41,200 nt of DNA from a virus, in UHGV virus genome UHGV-0210649; one strand, given 5' to 3'. The notes below the pieces were generated by a model that made no database searches, was not told where the DNA came from, and was given only the letters and a program-made list of their open reading frames with translations. A program made the position numbers and the translations under genes. This document shows, one piece after another, positions 1-10,129 of the stretch (position 1 is its first letter; each line of letters opens with the position of its first letter).

Positions 1-1008
1 ATGCCGAATACTATTGTATTAGCAAAAACCTATGTACCTCTTTTGGATGAGGTATATCAGAGAGAATCTGTAACCAGTGATCTGACTGGTGATCCGGCAA
101 TGGCAAGAGAAGGAGCAAACGCAAAGGAGATCGTATATCCTCATATTGCTGTAACCGGACTTGGTGATTATGACCGTAACAGCGGTTACACACAGGGAAC
201 CGTAGATTTTAACTGGGAATCTACAAAATACAACTATGACCGCGGCGCCAAGTTGTCTGTAGATGTAATGGACAATCAGGAAACCTATAACCTTGCTTTT
301 GGTATGGCAGGTGCGGAACTGATGCGTACCAAGGTGGCACCGGAAGCAGATGCGTTTACTTTTGCTACACTGGCAGGAATTGCCGGTATTTCCAAGGGAG
401 AAGCAAAGACTATTTCTACAGCAGAAGCGTTCCTTACTGAACTTCTGGAAGCAAAGAATACAATGGACAATGATGAAGTGCCGGAAGAGGGCAGAATTTT
501 GTATGCTACTGCGAATCTGCTTAATGCTCTTCTCATGATGGATACCTATAAGTCCAAGGAGATCCTTGCGGCATATACCATCAAAAAAGCTGTACCGCAA
601 GGCAGATTTTACACTTCCATTGATCTTCTGGATGGTAAGACACCCGGAGAGGAAGCAGGTCATTACCGCAAGGGCACAATCAAGTATGCAAAGACTACCG
701 ATACCGCAGTGGTAAGTGGAAAGGATTACTATACCGAAAGCAGTGGTGTGTACAGCAAGGTGGATAGTCCACAGACATCCGCAATCGGTACTTATTATGA
801 GATGGTGCAGGAAGCTGCAAAGCCTATCAACTTTATGATTATCCATAAGCCTGCCATCATCAAACATGATAAGCACGTGGTTTCTAATATTATTCCCGCA
901 GCATCTAACCCGAATGCAGACGCTGATATCATCAAGTATCGTAAATATGGTCTTGTGGATGCCTACAAGAATAAGGTGGCCGGTATTTACTTAAGCCATC
1001 AGGCGTAG
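1..1008 (+). CDS. Major capsid protein
   Basis: 335 aa, follows the scaffold gene across the circular junction; motifs GLGDYDRNSGY, YDRG, VDVMDN.ET, V.PE.DA and INFMIIH..A are typical of Firmicute phage capsids. Confidence 0.88.
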   Translation: MPNTIVLAKTYVPLLDEVYQRESVTSDLTGDPAMAREGANAKEIVYPHIAVTGLGDYDRNSGYTQGTVDFNWESTKYNYDRGAKLSVDVMDNQETYNLAFGMAGAELMRTKVAPEADAFTFATLAGIAGISKGEAKTISTAEAFLTELLEAKNTMDNDEVPEEGRILYATANLLNALLMMDTYKSKEILAAYTIKKAVPQGRFYTSIDLLDGKTPGEEAGHYRKGTIKYAKTTDTAVVSGKDYYTESSGVYSKVDSPQTSAIGTYYEMVQEAAKPINFMIIHKPAIIKHDKHVVSNIIPAASNPNADADIIKYRKYGLVDAYKNKVAGIYLSHQA

Positions 1009-1018
1009 GAGGTAGCTT

Positions 1019-1201
1019 ATGAGAACAGTAGGAATGGGCGCGCTGCCCGATAATGAAGAGGATAAGAAGCTGCTTAAGGAGATTGCAGATCTGAAAGCCG
1101 AGAATACTGTGTTAAAACAGGAACTTGCAGATCTGAAAGCAAAGAAGCCTTCCCAAAAGGGCAAGGCAGAGACAGCAGCTGATGATCCCGTGACAGAGTA
1201 G
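1019..1201 (+). CDS. Small coiled-coil protein after the capsid gene
   Basis: RBS AGGAGG, 60 aa, position. Confidence 0.6.
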   Translation: MRTVGMGALPDNEEDKKLLKEIADLKAENTVLKQELADLKAKKPSQKGKAETAADDPVTE

Positions 1202-1217
1202 GAACGGAGGGAGCAGT

Positions 1218-1604
1218 ATGTCTTACATAACGTGGGAGCAGTACGGCTCCCTTTGCAATAGCATTACAGACGAGACAGAGTTTAATTGTCTTTCCAAACT
1301 GGCAGAAATTAAGCTGAACGCCATCACGCATATGAGGGCGAAGCGGTTTGAGAACGAGTACAGTGAGGAAACAGCCACAGACTTCCAGAAGCAGGTCCAT
1401 ATGCAGATTCAGGACACGTTCTGTCAGCTGATCGACCTTATGAGTGTACAGGAAAGCTCCGGCATGGGTACTGGTATTACTTCCGTCAGCAATGACGGAT
1501 ATTCAGAGTCTTACAAGGTTACCACGGCGCAGGAGAAGGAAGCACAGCTTACTTCTGTGATACGTTCCGGTCTGTCCGGTACGGGATTGGCAGGTGCATT
1601 ATGA
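1218..1604 (+). CDS. Head-tail adaptor/connector
   Basis: MSYITWEQY N-terminus, SVSNDGYSESY motif, position after capsid. Confidence 0.75.
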   Translation: MSYITWEQYGSLCNSITDETEFNCLSKLAEIKLNAITHMRAKRFENEYSEETATDFQKQVHMQIQDTFCQLIDLMSVQESSGMGTGITSVSNDGYSESYKVTTAQEKEAQLTSVIRSGLSGTGLAGAL

Positions 1605-1855
1605 TCTGTAATAAGAAATCGTATCCGGAGTTAAGCAAAGATTGTGAGAACTGCTCGGAAAGGGATGCTTGCTTTAGCGGGCACGCAGTCGGCGTTGCAA
1701 CGTTACCCCTTCTTGAAAATTCAGCAGCTCCTCTTTTGAGAGAAACGATGCAAATTAATGTAGACGGTGTAATGACAACGGTTTACAAGGATGAAATAGA
1801 AAAAGAAATCTATAAGGCACTTCGTGAGCCGTTTATGCTGAATTATGGAGCGTGA
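1601..1855 (+). CDS. Hypothetical protein with N-terminal Cys cluster
   Basis: ATGA overlap with the upstream gene; 84 aa. Confidence 0.5.
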   Translation: MICNKKSYPELSKDCENCSERDACFSGHAVGVATLPLLENSAAPLLRETMQINVDGVMTTVYKDEIEKEIYKALREPFMLNYGA

Positions 1856-1859
1856 TAAT

Positions 1860-2303
1860 ATGAGTGTATTATTTACGGACACCATGACGGTCTATAACTA
1901 CCATCGGGATCCGGATACCGAAAAGGAAATCTGGCTCCGGTCAGTAGTAAAAGGCGTACAGTGGAGTCATAACAAGACTGAGGTTACTACTTCCGGCAAT
2001 GTGCAGACAGAAAGCAAGGTGGAGAGTATCACCATTGATTTCCAGCGTAGTTATGGGAATAAGCCTTATCTGTCACCTACGGAGTATGCGAAACTGCCCG
2101 AAGAGGAAGCAGAAAATTACTGGACACTGAATGCAAAGACGGGACAGGATGTGATTGTCCTGGGTGTGTCAGATAAGGAAATCAGCCGGCCTTATAAGTT
2201 GTCGGATCTGCAGAAGGACTTCCTGTATGCGGTCACCGTCACAGCAGTATCGGATAACCGGAACCGTCCACGGCTTAAGACCATTAAGGTGGTGGGAAAG
2301 TGA
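1860..2303 (+). CDS. Head closure / neck protein
   Basis: T.TVYN...W.R.V.KGVQW pattern; synteny; start moved to ATG 1860 after GGAG. Confidence 0.65.
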   Translation: MSVLFTDTMTVYNYHRDPDTEKEIWLRSVVKGVQWSHNKTEVTTSGNVQTESKVESITIDFQRSYGNKPYLSPTEYAKLPEEEAENYWTLNAKTGQDVIVLGVSDKEISRPYKLSDLQKDFLYAVTVTAVSDNRNRPRLKTIKVVGK

Positions 2304-2662
2304 GTAAAGCAAATTATAATTGCACATTTAATCTGGATGATTGTATTAAGACGCTTGGCCTTGAAGAAAAAGGAAGGGTGCAGCAATTTGTTACATCGGA
2401 ATTTAAGAAGAACGTGGATCCGTATGTACCGAAAGATGAAGCAGAAAAGTATGAAAATCCTGGAAGATTGATTGATAGCTGTCATATAGAAAACGGTACG
2501 GATGTTGTATGGAAAACTCCGTATGCCAGACGGCTTTATTATCACCCGGAATACAACTACCAGGGCGCACCTATGAGGGGTGGATACTGGGCAGATCGAT
2601 ATATGCAAAATGGCGGCCAGCAAGAAATTGAAGATGGAGTTCGGAGGATGGTGAAGAAATGA
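2300..2662 (+). CDS. Neck/tail completion protein (Minor_capsid_2-like)
   Basis: PYVP...G.L, TPYARRLYY and RGGYW..R motifs. Confidence 0.75.
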   Translation: MSKANYNCTFNLDDCIKTLGLEEKGRVQQFVTSEFKKNVDPYVPKDEAEKYENPGRLIDSCHIENGTDVVWKTPYARRLYYHPEYNYQGAPMRGGYWADRYMQNGGQQEIEDGVRRMVKK

Positions 2663-3078
2663 CCGTATCAGAAGCAGTAATTAAGTGGCTGAAATCATTT
2701 AATCCAGCGGAATACGGGAAGATGGGGAAGATAGACACGGATATCCAGTCGGCAGAGGTAGAAACCTATTCTGTGATGAAAGAACCGGTCAGAAATATAA
2801 AATCTTATATTTCCGGTCGAAAGATCATTACCGATCATTATATGATCCAGGCAAGACTTGCAAGCCAGACCAATACAGACCGTATTGATAATAATGGCTT
2901 CGGTGAAGCATTGGAAGACTGGGTATCACAGCAGAATAAAAATAAGAACTTTCCGGACATAACGGATGCAGCAGTTACGCAGGTATCCGTAACGACTCCG
3001 TTTTGTATCGGATCAACGGCAAAAGGGAACAGCATCTATCAGATGACTGTATCCATCAAATATGAAAAGGAGAGATAA
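2659..3078 (+). CDS. Tail terminator-like protein
   Basis: Directly before the tail tube gene; C-terminal IYQMTVSIKY. Confidence 0.6.
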   Translation: MTVSEAVIKWLKSFNPAEYGKMGKIDTDIQSAEVETYSVMKEPVRNIKSYISGRKIITDHYMIQARLASQTNTDRIDNNGFGEALEDWVSQQNKNKNFPDITDAAVTQVSVTTPFCIGSTAKGNSIYQMTVSIKYEKER

Positions 3079-3080
3079 TC

Positions 3081-3563
3081 ATGTCTGAAATGAGAGATAT
3101 GCTTCGGCACTATTTTAATATCGGAACACCGGAAGATCCTAAGTGGGTGTTACTTGGTGATGGTATTACATCGTTGACCGAAGAATTTAACCCGGAATCT
3201 GAAACAAAGCAGTATATCAATCAGAAGAATGGCACCACTAATTTGAAATCTTATACTCCGTCTATGAGTGTAGAAAGAGAGTACATCAGTGACGATCTGC
3301 AGAAGTGGATGGATGAAAAGATTAAGATGCTTCCGGTCGGATCCGCAGCAATCAGTGAGTATGTCCGCATTAATCTGATGGATACACCGACAGAAGCAGG
3401 AGCATATCCGGCAGTTAAGAGAAAGTGTACCTACCAGTTTGATTCTGTTGGCGGTGATGCCGGATCTGAACTTGTAAGTGCTATGACACTTGGCGGTGTA
3501 GGTGACGGAGTTCAGGGTACCTTTGTGGTAACCGAAGGATCCGAGGCTTTTACAGCAGCGTAG
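3081..3563 (+). CDS. Major tail (tube) protein
   Basis: LGDGITSLTEEFNPE.ETKQYI...SYTP and GG.G..GTF motifs; synteny. Confidence 0.8.
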   Translation: MSEMRDMLRHYFNIGTPEDPKWVLLGDGITSLTEEFNPESETKQYINQKNGTTNLKSYTPSMSVEREYISDDLQKWMDEKIKMLPVGSAAISEYVRINLMDTPTEAGAYPAVKRKCTYQFDSVGGDAGSELVSAMTLGGVGDGVQGTFVVTEGSEAFTAA

Positions 3564-3577
3564 AAATGGAATAAGAG

Positions 3578-3602
3578 GGGAATATCCATATTGGATGTTC
3601 CC
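3578..3602 (+). terminator. Hairpin after the tail tube gene
   Basis: gggaatatcca-tat-tggatgttccc; no strong U-tract, so an attenuator or stability hairpin is possible. Confidence 0.4.
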
Positions 3603-3626
3603 TGTCATTCATAAGGGAGAATAACA

Positions 3627-4184
3627 ATGGTAAGAGAGTTTAAGGCAGGACAGGTACAGGATGAGCATATTGTAAAAGTGTATCTGAATGACAGTGATGA
3701 TTACATTTACATCGATGACCGGGACACTTCTGTGGTTGACCGGTTTGCAGAGTTCATTAAATGGCTCGAGGAAAAAGATAAGGATATCGATACCAGACAG
3801 AAGGAATTGGAACAGCAGTACGGCAAGGATATCATTACTCATGACGAAGATGGTGAAGTTGATGATATCAATGTAGATGCACTGGTTGCTTTTTGCAAGG
3901 TTCGTAGGGAAATCTATCTGGAAGCGACGGATCAGATCGATAGGATTTTGGGGCAGGATGCAATTAAGAAATTTTTCCGTGTATCCTATGAGATTAATCC
4001 GGATTTTGTGCCGGATGACGAGTGCCTGTATGATTTTATTGAAGCCATTACGCCTGTTCTGAATCAGGTATTTGAAGGTCGTGCAAAGCGTATTTCCGAG
4101 AAGTATAACCGTGATCGAAAAGGCGGAAAGAGAAGCAAATACCGTAACAGACAGGAATTGATTCAATCCTATATGGGGAAATAA
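3627..4184 (+). CDS. Tail assembly chaperone
   Basis: Acidic helical protein between tail tube and tape measure. Confidence 0.65.
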   Translation: MVREFKAGQVQDEHIVKVYLNDSDDYIYIDDRDTSVVDRFAEFIKWLEEKDKDIDTRQKELEQQYGKDIITHDEDGEVDDINVDALVAFCKVRREIYLEATDQIDRILGQDAIKKFFRVSYEINPDFVPDDECLYDFIEAITPVLNQVFEGRAKRISEKYNRDRKGGKRSKYRNRQELIQSYMGK

Positions 4185-4187
4185 TAT

Positions 4188-4766
4188 ATGTTCAATGTGA
4201 TGCTTGATGAACTCCCAGATATGTGGGAAGGTTTTCCGATAGACACAGACTTCCGGATCGGGGTGCAGATCTCACAGATCATGGAGGATAAAGATCTGTC
4301 GGATAATGAAAAGTGGGCTACTTCCGCAGAGCTTTTGTTCCGCGGTATCCGGCCGGATCCACCGTATTATTATGACGCTATCATGTGGTTCCTGCAGGAA
4401 TGGAATCATGATAATAATAAGAAGTCTAAGGACCGTACCAGAGTCCTTGATTATGATATTGATCAGTGGCGGTTATACAGTGCCTTTAAAGCTCAGTACG
4501 GGATAGATCTGAACACGGTTAATATGCATTACTGGCAGTTCATGGGTATGCTTACGACACTGAATGAGTGTGCATTTACCAGAGTGGTGGATGTTCGTCT
4601 TAAGAAGCTTAGGTCAAATATGACGAAAGAAGAAAAGCAGATCTTAAATGACCAAAAGACAATTTATGGTTTGGAACAGCCACAGGAGCAGATATCGGAA
4701 GATGAAAAAGTAAAGAAGAGGGAAGCATTAGAACTGTTTGAAAAAATGAGAAAAGCCCAATCGTAG
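4188..4766 (+). CDS. Gp15-family (A118-like) tail assembly chaperone
   Basis: I.TDFR, DYDID...YSAF..QYGIDL and MHYWQF motifs. Confidence 0.8.
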   Translation: MFNVMLDELPDMWEGFPIDTDFRIGVQISQIMEDKDLSDNEKWATSAELLFRGIRPDPPYYYDAIMWFLQEWNHDNNKKSKDRTRVLDYDIDQWRLYSAFKAQYGIDLNTVNMHYWQFMGMLTTLNECAFTRVVDVRLKKLRSNMTKEEKQILNDQKTIYGLEQPQEQISEDEKVKKREALELFEKMRKAQS

Positions 4767-4808
4767 CGCCTAAGAGCCAGTTACTTATTAAAGTGATTGG
4801 CTCTTTCT
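4764..4808 (+). promoter_or_regulatory. AG(A/C)GCC tandem motif plus 15-bp hairpin upstream of the tape measure gene
   Basis: tagcgcctaagagcca (4764-4779) overlaps the hairpin aagagccagttactt-atta-aagtgattggctctt. Confidence 0.65.
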
Positions 4809-4826
4809 CGTTAAGTGAGGCTTAGT

Positions 4827-7607
4827 ATGGCAAATTATGATGCAGAGGTAAGGGTATCAACCAAAGTAGATACCAGTCAGATGCAGCGATTACAGTTGCA
4901 GATTGACAAGGCAGTACAGAAAGTAGATGCCCTCACACAGAAATACGATGAACTGAAAAACAAAAGACTACCGACAGAAGCCTATACGGAGCTGGAGAGT
5001 AAATTGGCATCTGCAAAAGCAGAGCTTACTGCATTGATAGACCAAGAGGAAAAATTCAAGTCTATTGGAGCTACTACAGGTGTGGCATGGGACACGCTCA
5101 TACAGAAGGAAGCCGATGCACAGTTAAAAATAGAGTCGTTGAATGCAGAAATGCAAAAACTTGTTGATACAGGAAAGGACTTCACGATCGGTGCAGATCC
5201 AAATGAGATCAACGATGCAGCTAATGATCTTTCAAGAGCAAGGTCAGAACTCCGGATGTTGGTAACAAAACAGGGAGAGCTACAGGCAAAAAGCTATAAA
5301 GTAAGTGACAGTTTAAAAAAAGTCGGCACGGCTGGGAAAAAAGCTTTTTCAAGTATAAATGGACATATCCGTAAGTCTTCCGGAATGCTCGGAGGTTTTG
5401 CTTCAAGACTTAAAAGCATAGCACTTAGTTTATTGGTATTTAACTGGATTACGAAAGGCTTTAATGCAATGGTGTCCGGTATGAAGGATGGTTTTAAGAA
5501 CCTGGTACAGTATTCGGACGAATACAGCCGATCTATATCGTCTTTGCAGTCTGCCAATCTTCAATTAAAAAACAGTTTTGCAGCGGCGTTTGCTCCTATT
5601 GTGCAGATGGTGATTCCATATCTTGTACAACTGATCGGATATGTAACTACTGCCATGAATACACTTGCACAGTTTATAGCAATTCTGTCCGGAGCTGCTA
5701 CATGGACTAGGGCATCAAAAGTTCAACAGAATTATGCAGCATCACTTAAAGGAACCGCTGCTGCAGCAAAGAAAGCCGCTGGAGCATTGGCATCTTTTGA
5801 TGAAATTGAAGTGCTGAGTAAAAAAGATAGTTCCGGTGGAGGTTCTGGTGGAATAGATCCAGGGCAGATGTTTGAAGAGATTCCGGTTGATCCTAAATTG
5901 AAGGAGTGGCTGGATTCTATTCTTAATAAGCTAAAGCCTCTTCTTGAATATTTGAAACAGCTGGGCGGATTGTTCATGGACGGATTCCGGGATGGATTGG
6001 GAGATTATGAATACCGCCTGGATATTATCAAAGAAGGTTTACAAAAAATTAAAGATGCGTTGATTAATATATGGACGGATCCTGCAGTTTTGGAAGCTGC
6101 ACAGGCTTATGTCGAATCCTTAGTTTATATGCTCGGATCATTGTCTGGATCCATAGTAAGTATAGCTTTAACGCTGGCAGCGGCTTTTATAGGTGGACTT
6201 GGAGATTACATGGAAAAAAATGTAGATCGTATCAAAGATTACATTATTTCTATGTTTAACATCGGGACAGAAATTAATAATTTATTATCCAGTCTGTTTC
6301 AAAGCATTGCTTATATATTTGAAGCATTTGCAAGCGAAAGTGGAATTCGTTTTGTATCGGCTTTTATTGGTATTATTGCAGATACCTTTATGGGACAGAC
6401 GGAACTGCTGCTTAAATTAGGAAGAGACATATTAGAGATAATCATTACTCCGATTACTGAAAATGAAGAGGCGTTCAGAACAGCACTTGAAGGTTTGCTT
6501 TCTGCTGGTGCCGAGGCATTAGAAGGTTTTAAGCAAATGGTAGACAGCGTGTTCGATAATCTGAATAAAGTCTATGATGAGCACTTTAAACCATTCTTTG
6601 ATAGCATTGCACAAGGATTATCTACAATTGTAAACAGCTTTCTGAATGTGTGGAATGAACATGTATCGCCAATCTTACAGGAAATCGGAAGCCGCTTAAA
6701 CGATTTGTTTTCGCAGTATTTAAGTCCATTCATCAATTCAGTTGTAGAACTCTTGGGTAACCTGGTGACTGTATTAAAAGGACTTTGGGAAGATATCGTT
6801 GTACCATTTATAGATTTACTGGTTACTTACGTCTTTCCCATAATAGCTGACTATTTTGATGTATTAATTACGGCCATTATAAGTGGTATAGAAATATTGC
6901 TTGAGGTATTCACAGGACTTATTGATTTTATTAATTTCCTGGTTGAGCAATGGAATTTAAATTGGGAAGCAGCTCAGGTTATATTTGATGGTTTCTGGAA
7001 TTATATGAAGAAAGCATTTAATACGCTTAAAGATCTGGCAACAGGATTTTTGGAAACAATTAAGCTTCTTATTGATAAAGATTGGAAGGGAGCATGGGAA
7101 AACGCAAAAAAAATATTTACGACATTTAAGGAAAATGTAAAGGGCGTAATTAGTTCCATCAAAGATTTTCTGCAAACTTTTTTTGATTGGGTTGCTTCTA
7201 TGGTAGAAATCTGTATTACCAAAATCAAGGCTATTGGAGAATCGATCGGTCAAGGGATCGGAGGATTCTTTGGAGGCGGAACATCAATAAGCAAACAAAG
7301 TATAGATGGTTCACAGGTAAGAGCAATACAGGATATACCTCACCTGGCAACAGGATCTGTAATTCGCGGTGGTAATCCATTCATGGCGGTACTCGGAGAT
7401 CAGAAGTTCGGGCAGACCAATATAGAGGCACCGTTATCAACGATAGAGGACGCAGTGAGAAATGTAATGGCAGATAATTCTTATTCCGGCGGGGATGCGA
7501 CAATTAATCTCAACTATGACGGAGAAACATTTGCCAGGTTATTCTTACCGGATTTCTTTGCCGAGGCACACAGACAGGGATACGATTTTGATTTTCAGCC
7601 GGAATAG
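4827..7607 (+). CDS. Tape measure protein
   Basis: Long helical ORF with LASFDEI motif, aromatic periodicity and C-terminal IPHLATG. Confidence 0.9.
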   Translation: MANYDAEVRVSTKVDTSQMQRLQLQIDKAVQKVDALTQKYDELKNKRLPTEAYTELESKLASAKAELTALIDQEEKFKSIGATTGVAWDTLIQKEADAQLKIESLNAEMQKLVDTGKDFTIGADPNEINDAANDLSRARSELRMLVTKQGELQAKSYKVSDSLKKVGTAGKKAFSSINGHIRKSSGMLGGFASRLKSIALSLLVFNWITKGFNAMVSGMKDGFKNLVQYSDEYSRSISSLQSANLQLKNSFAAAFAPIVQMVIPYLVQLIGYVTTAMNTLAQFIAILSGAATWTRASKVQQNYAASLKGTAAAAKKAAGALASFDEIEVLSKKDSSGGGSGGIDPGQMFEEIPVDPKLKEWLDSILNKLKPLLEYLKQLGGLFMDGFRDGLGDYEYRLDIIKEGLQKIKDALINIWTDPAVLEAAQAYVESLVYMLGSLSGSIVSIALTLAAAFIGGLGDYMEKNVDRIKDYIISMFNIGTEINNLLSSLFQSIAYIFEAFASESGIRFVSAFIGIIADTFMGQTELLLKLGRDILEIIITPITENEEAFRTALEGLLSAGAEALEGFKQMVDSVFDNLNKVYDEHFKPFFDSIAQGLSTIVNSFLNVWNEHVSPILQEIGSRLNDLFSQYLSPFINSVVELLGNLVTVLKGLWEDIVVPFIDLLVTYVFPIIADYFDVLITAIISGIEILLEVFTGLIDFINFLVEQWNLNWEAAQVIFDGFWNYMKKAFNTLKDLATGFLETIKLLIDKDWKGAWENAKKIFTTFKENVKGVISSIKDFLQTFFDWVASMVEICITKIKAIGESIGQGIGGFFGGGTSISKQSIDGSQVRAIQDIPHLATGSVIRGGNPFMAVLGDQKFGQTNIEAPLSTIEDAVRNVMADNSYSGGDATINLNYDGETFARLFLPDFFAEAHRQGYDFDFQPE

Positions 7608-7622
7608 AAAGGGGATGTTGAA

Positions 7623-8012
7623 ATGCTATATACACAAGGAATTTATATTGATGACATGTATTTTGATGTCCCCCTTGTTTCGGTAAAGCGAGAAGCAAAG
7701 GTTTTGGATAAATATGCCGAGCGTGAGGAAGATACAGGAGATTTATTAAGAGAACTGATCGGAGTATATCTCAATTACACCATGAATTTCGGAACTATTG
7801 ATGATGATGATCTATATGAGCGTCTTTTTGATAAACTGACGGAGCCAGTGGCTTTTCACGATGTGACATTACCATCGACCAAGAAATCATATTCATTCCG
7901 GTGTTATGTATCGTCCGTATCAGATGAAATGGAAAAAATCCTTGATGATACCGTGAAGTTTAAAGGGTTAACCTGTAAATACATAGCAAAGGCGCCGTGG
8001 AGGACACCATGA
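7623..8012 (+). CDS. Distal tail protein (Dit-like)
   Basis: Directly after the tape measure gene; 129 aa; G.L.RELIGVY.NY motif. Confidence 0.65.
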   Translation: MLYTQGIYIDDMYFDVPLVSVKREAKVLDKYAEREEDTGDLLRELIGVYLNYTMNFGTIDDDDLYERLFDKLTEPVAFHDVTLPSTKKSYSFRCYVSSVSDEMEKILDDTVKFKGLTCKYIAKAPWRTP

Positions 8013-9736
8013 GAACGACAGGATTTTATGCAAAGTATGGGCTGTATGATACGACAGCCCGTGAAGACAGTACTTTGACAACGGCATATAACCAGTCTTT
8101 CGGGGATATTTCAAAAGCGAAAGAGGATATTTCCGCACCGGACTACGGCACTTTGGAACAGGATTACTTCCTACTGGACGGGACCCATCCGGAGATGCCG
8201 GACAATCCGGATGATGTGGTTTTCTTCTCTTCGGAGATGTCCGGAGCAGACGGAACCTTTACCGATAATCCACTGCTTATCATCCTGTTTACCGAGAATC
8301 ACACATCTGCCTGTCTGACTTTCCACTTTGTGGGAGATTATCCACTGGAAATGAAGATCCGGTGGGTGGATGGCAACGGCAATTACATTGAGTATGCAAG
8401 CTATGAGGTGGACAGTAATAAGTTTGTTGCCTGGAAGCAGGTGGAGAACTACCGCCGGCTGGAAATCGAATTTACCAGGGCAAAGCCATACCGGTATGTG
8501 AAGTTCCGGTACATAGAATATGGTACCGACATCATCTGTGGTGTAGATGGTTATCCGGTGAAGGAAGCCAAGCTTGTAGAGGAATGTGATCCGATATCCA
8601 ATAAAATCGCCATCAATAAGCTGACCTTTAAGCTGATTGATGAGAAGAATGATTTTGATATTGGAAACATGAGTGGCATCCACAAGGTATTTCAATCAGG
8701 GCAAAAGGTGATGGCCTATGAAACAATAAATGGCGAAGCACAGCTGCTTGGGGCATTCTTTTTGGACAATTATTCGACTACAAAGAATATATCAACGATT
8801 TCACTTGTGGATTATAAAGGTTTGTTAAGCAAGCATACCTTCCGGGGCGGAAAGGTTTATACCGGAGAGCCGGCGGGTGAGGTCATTGATCAGATCATGG
8901 CAGCAGCCGGGATTACGGCTTATACAGTGGATGAAGCAACCAGAGCCGCACCGCTTTATGGATGGCTGAAAATACAGGATTGCAGAAAGGCACTCCGGGA
9001 AGTCCTATTCGCCTGTGGATCTGTGATCGATAGCAGCAGGAGTGAAACGGTGAATATTTATAAGCCGTCCAGGGTGATCCATACAACGATTCAGAGGTCG
9101 CGGAAGTTTTCCACCACACCGAAGAATCAGAGTTACATATCCGATGTGGCGGTAAAGTTCCCGGTGTATTCACCGGATGAGGAAAGCAAGGCGATCTTTA
9201 AAAGCACGTATGTTCCCGGGATCTACACGGTGGATTTATCCTCACCGTCAGCAGAAATGACAATTACAGGTGGCACAATCACGGAGCAGACCAATAATTA
9301 TGTGACATTTACCGTGGCAGAAGAGGGAGAGGTTGTTATATCCGGACGGAAGTACAGTAAGGAGGATTTAACGGTAACGGCATCGGTTGAAAAGGTAGAT
9401 GCCGGAGAAAGCCGAGAAACCAAGAGCTTTACCTGTACGGTACTCAATGCTTCACGGGCTGCAGAGCGGGCACAGGCAATTCTCGATTATTACGATCTAC
9501 GACTCAATCTGAAAATCAAGTTCCTGAATGAAGGGGATAAGGTTGTGGACTGGGCGGAAGTATTTAATGCAAACCGGCAGTTTGGAAGCTACGTGGCAGG
9601 CATTGAAAAAATGACTACGGACCTTACCGGTGGTTATATCTCAACTGCGGAGCTCCGGGGATATTACAAGCTGGTAAATGACTTCTACTATACCGGAGAA
9701 ATCATTGCCGGAGAAGAGTTTGGAGGGTATTTATGA
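8009..9736 (+). CDS. Baseplate hub / tail tip (Tal-like) protein
   Basis: About 575 aa after Dit; ATGA coupling at 8009. Confidence 0.65.
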   Translation: MRTTGFYAKYGLYDTTAREDSTLTTAYNQSFGDISKAKEDISAPDYGTLEQDYFLLDGTHPEMPDNPDDVVFFSSEMSGADGTFTDNPLLIILFTENHTSACLTFHFVGDYPLEMKIRWVDGNGNYIEYASYEVDSNKFVAWKQVENYRRLEIEFTRAKPYRYVKFRYIEYGTDIICGVDGYPVKEAKLVEECDPISNKIAINKLTFKLIDEKNDFDIGNMSGIHKVFQSGQKVMAYETINGEAQLLGAFFLDNYSTTKNISTISLVDYKGLLSKHTFRGGKVYTGEPAGEVIDQIMAAAGITAYTVDEATRAAPLYGWLKIQDCRKALREVLFACGSVIDSSRSETVNIYKPSRVIHTTIQRSRKFSTTPKNQSYISDVAVKFPVYSPDEESKAIFKSTYVPGIYTVDLSSPSAEMTITGGTITEQTNNYVTFTVAEEGEVVISGRKYSKEDLTVTASVEKVDAGESRETKSFTCTVLNASRAAERAQAILDYYDLRLNLKIKFLNEGDKVVDWAEVFNANRQFGSYVAGIEKMTTDLTGGYISTAELRGYYKLVNDFYYTGEIIAGEEFGGYL

Positions 9737-10128
9737 TATTTATATATGACCGTAGCCAAGCAGATATTGAGAACAGGACAGAAAAGGGATATATCAATGC
9801 TTCTGACCTTGTGCGTGTGGAAAGCAACACGGAACAGATTGCCGGATGTATCGCAGTTCCGGTATCGGTAAATAAGGTATGGAACAATGGAGATTTACCA
9901 AGAGTATCTGACTTCAAGAGGATTCGTGACAATGTGGAACGTATAAGGAACGGATTCGTGATTTTACCGACAACTCCGGAAACACCGAAACAACCTCTGA
10001 ATACATGGCAGAAGTGGAATGCCATTGAACATATCTTACATGATGTGCACCAGATATATGATAGCAACCTTAACAACCATAATTATTGTGGAGAGATATC
10101 CGCAGGAGAAGAGATAGGAGTGATTTAG
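9733..10128 (+). CDS. Baseplate/tail-associated protein
   Basis: KGYINASDL.RVE.N and N.IE.IL motifs; synteny. Confidence 0.6.
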   Translation: MIFIYDRSQADIENRTEKGYINASDLVRVESNTEQIAGCIAVPVSVNKVWNNGDLPRVSDFKRIRDNVERIRNGFVILPTTPETPKQPLNTWQKWNAIEHILHDVHQIYDSNLNNHNYCGEISAGEEIGVI

Positions 10129-10129
10129 T

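Noticed and set aside
19..876. Long antisense ORFs (19-876, 3609-4166, 8171-8695, 38527-39150 and similar)
   Set aside because: Shadows of well-supported + strand genes with no RBS or recognisable motifs
4174..4184. GGGGAAA as a lambda G/T-type -1 slippery site
   Set aside because: Wrong phase for X XXY YYZ, and the downstream gene is in frame 0
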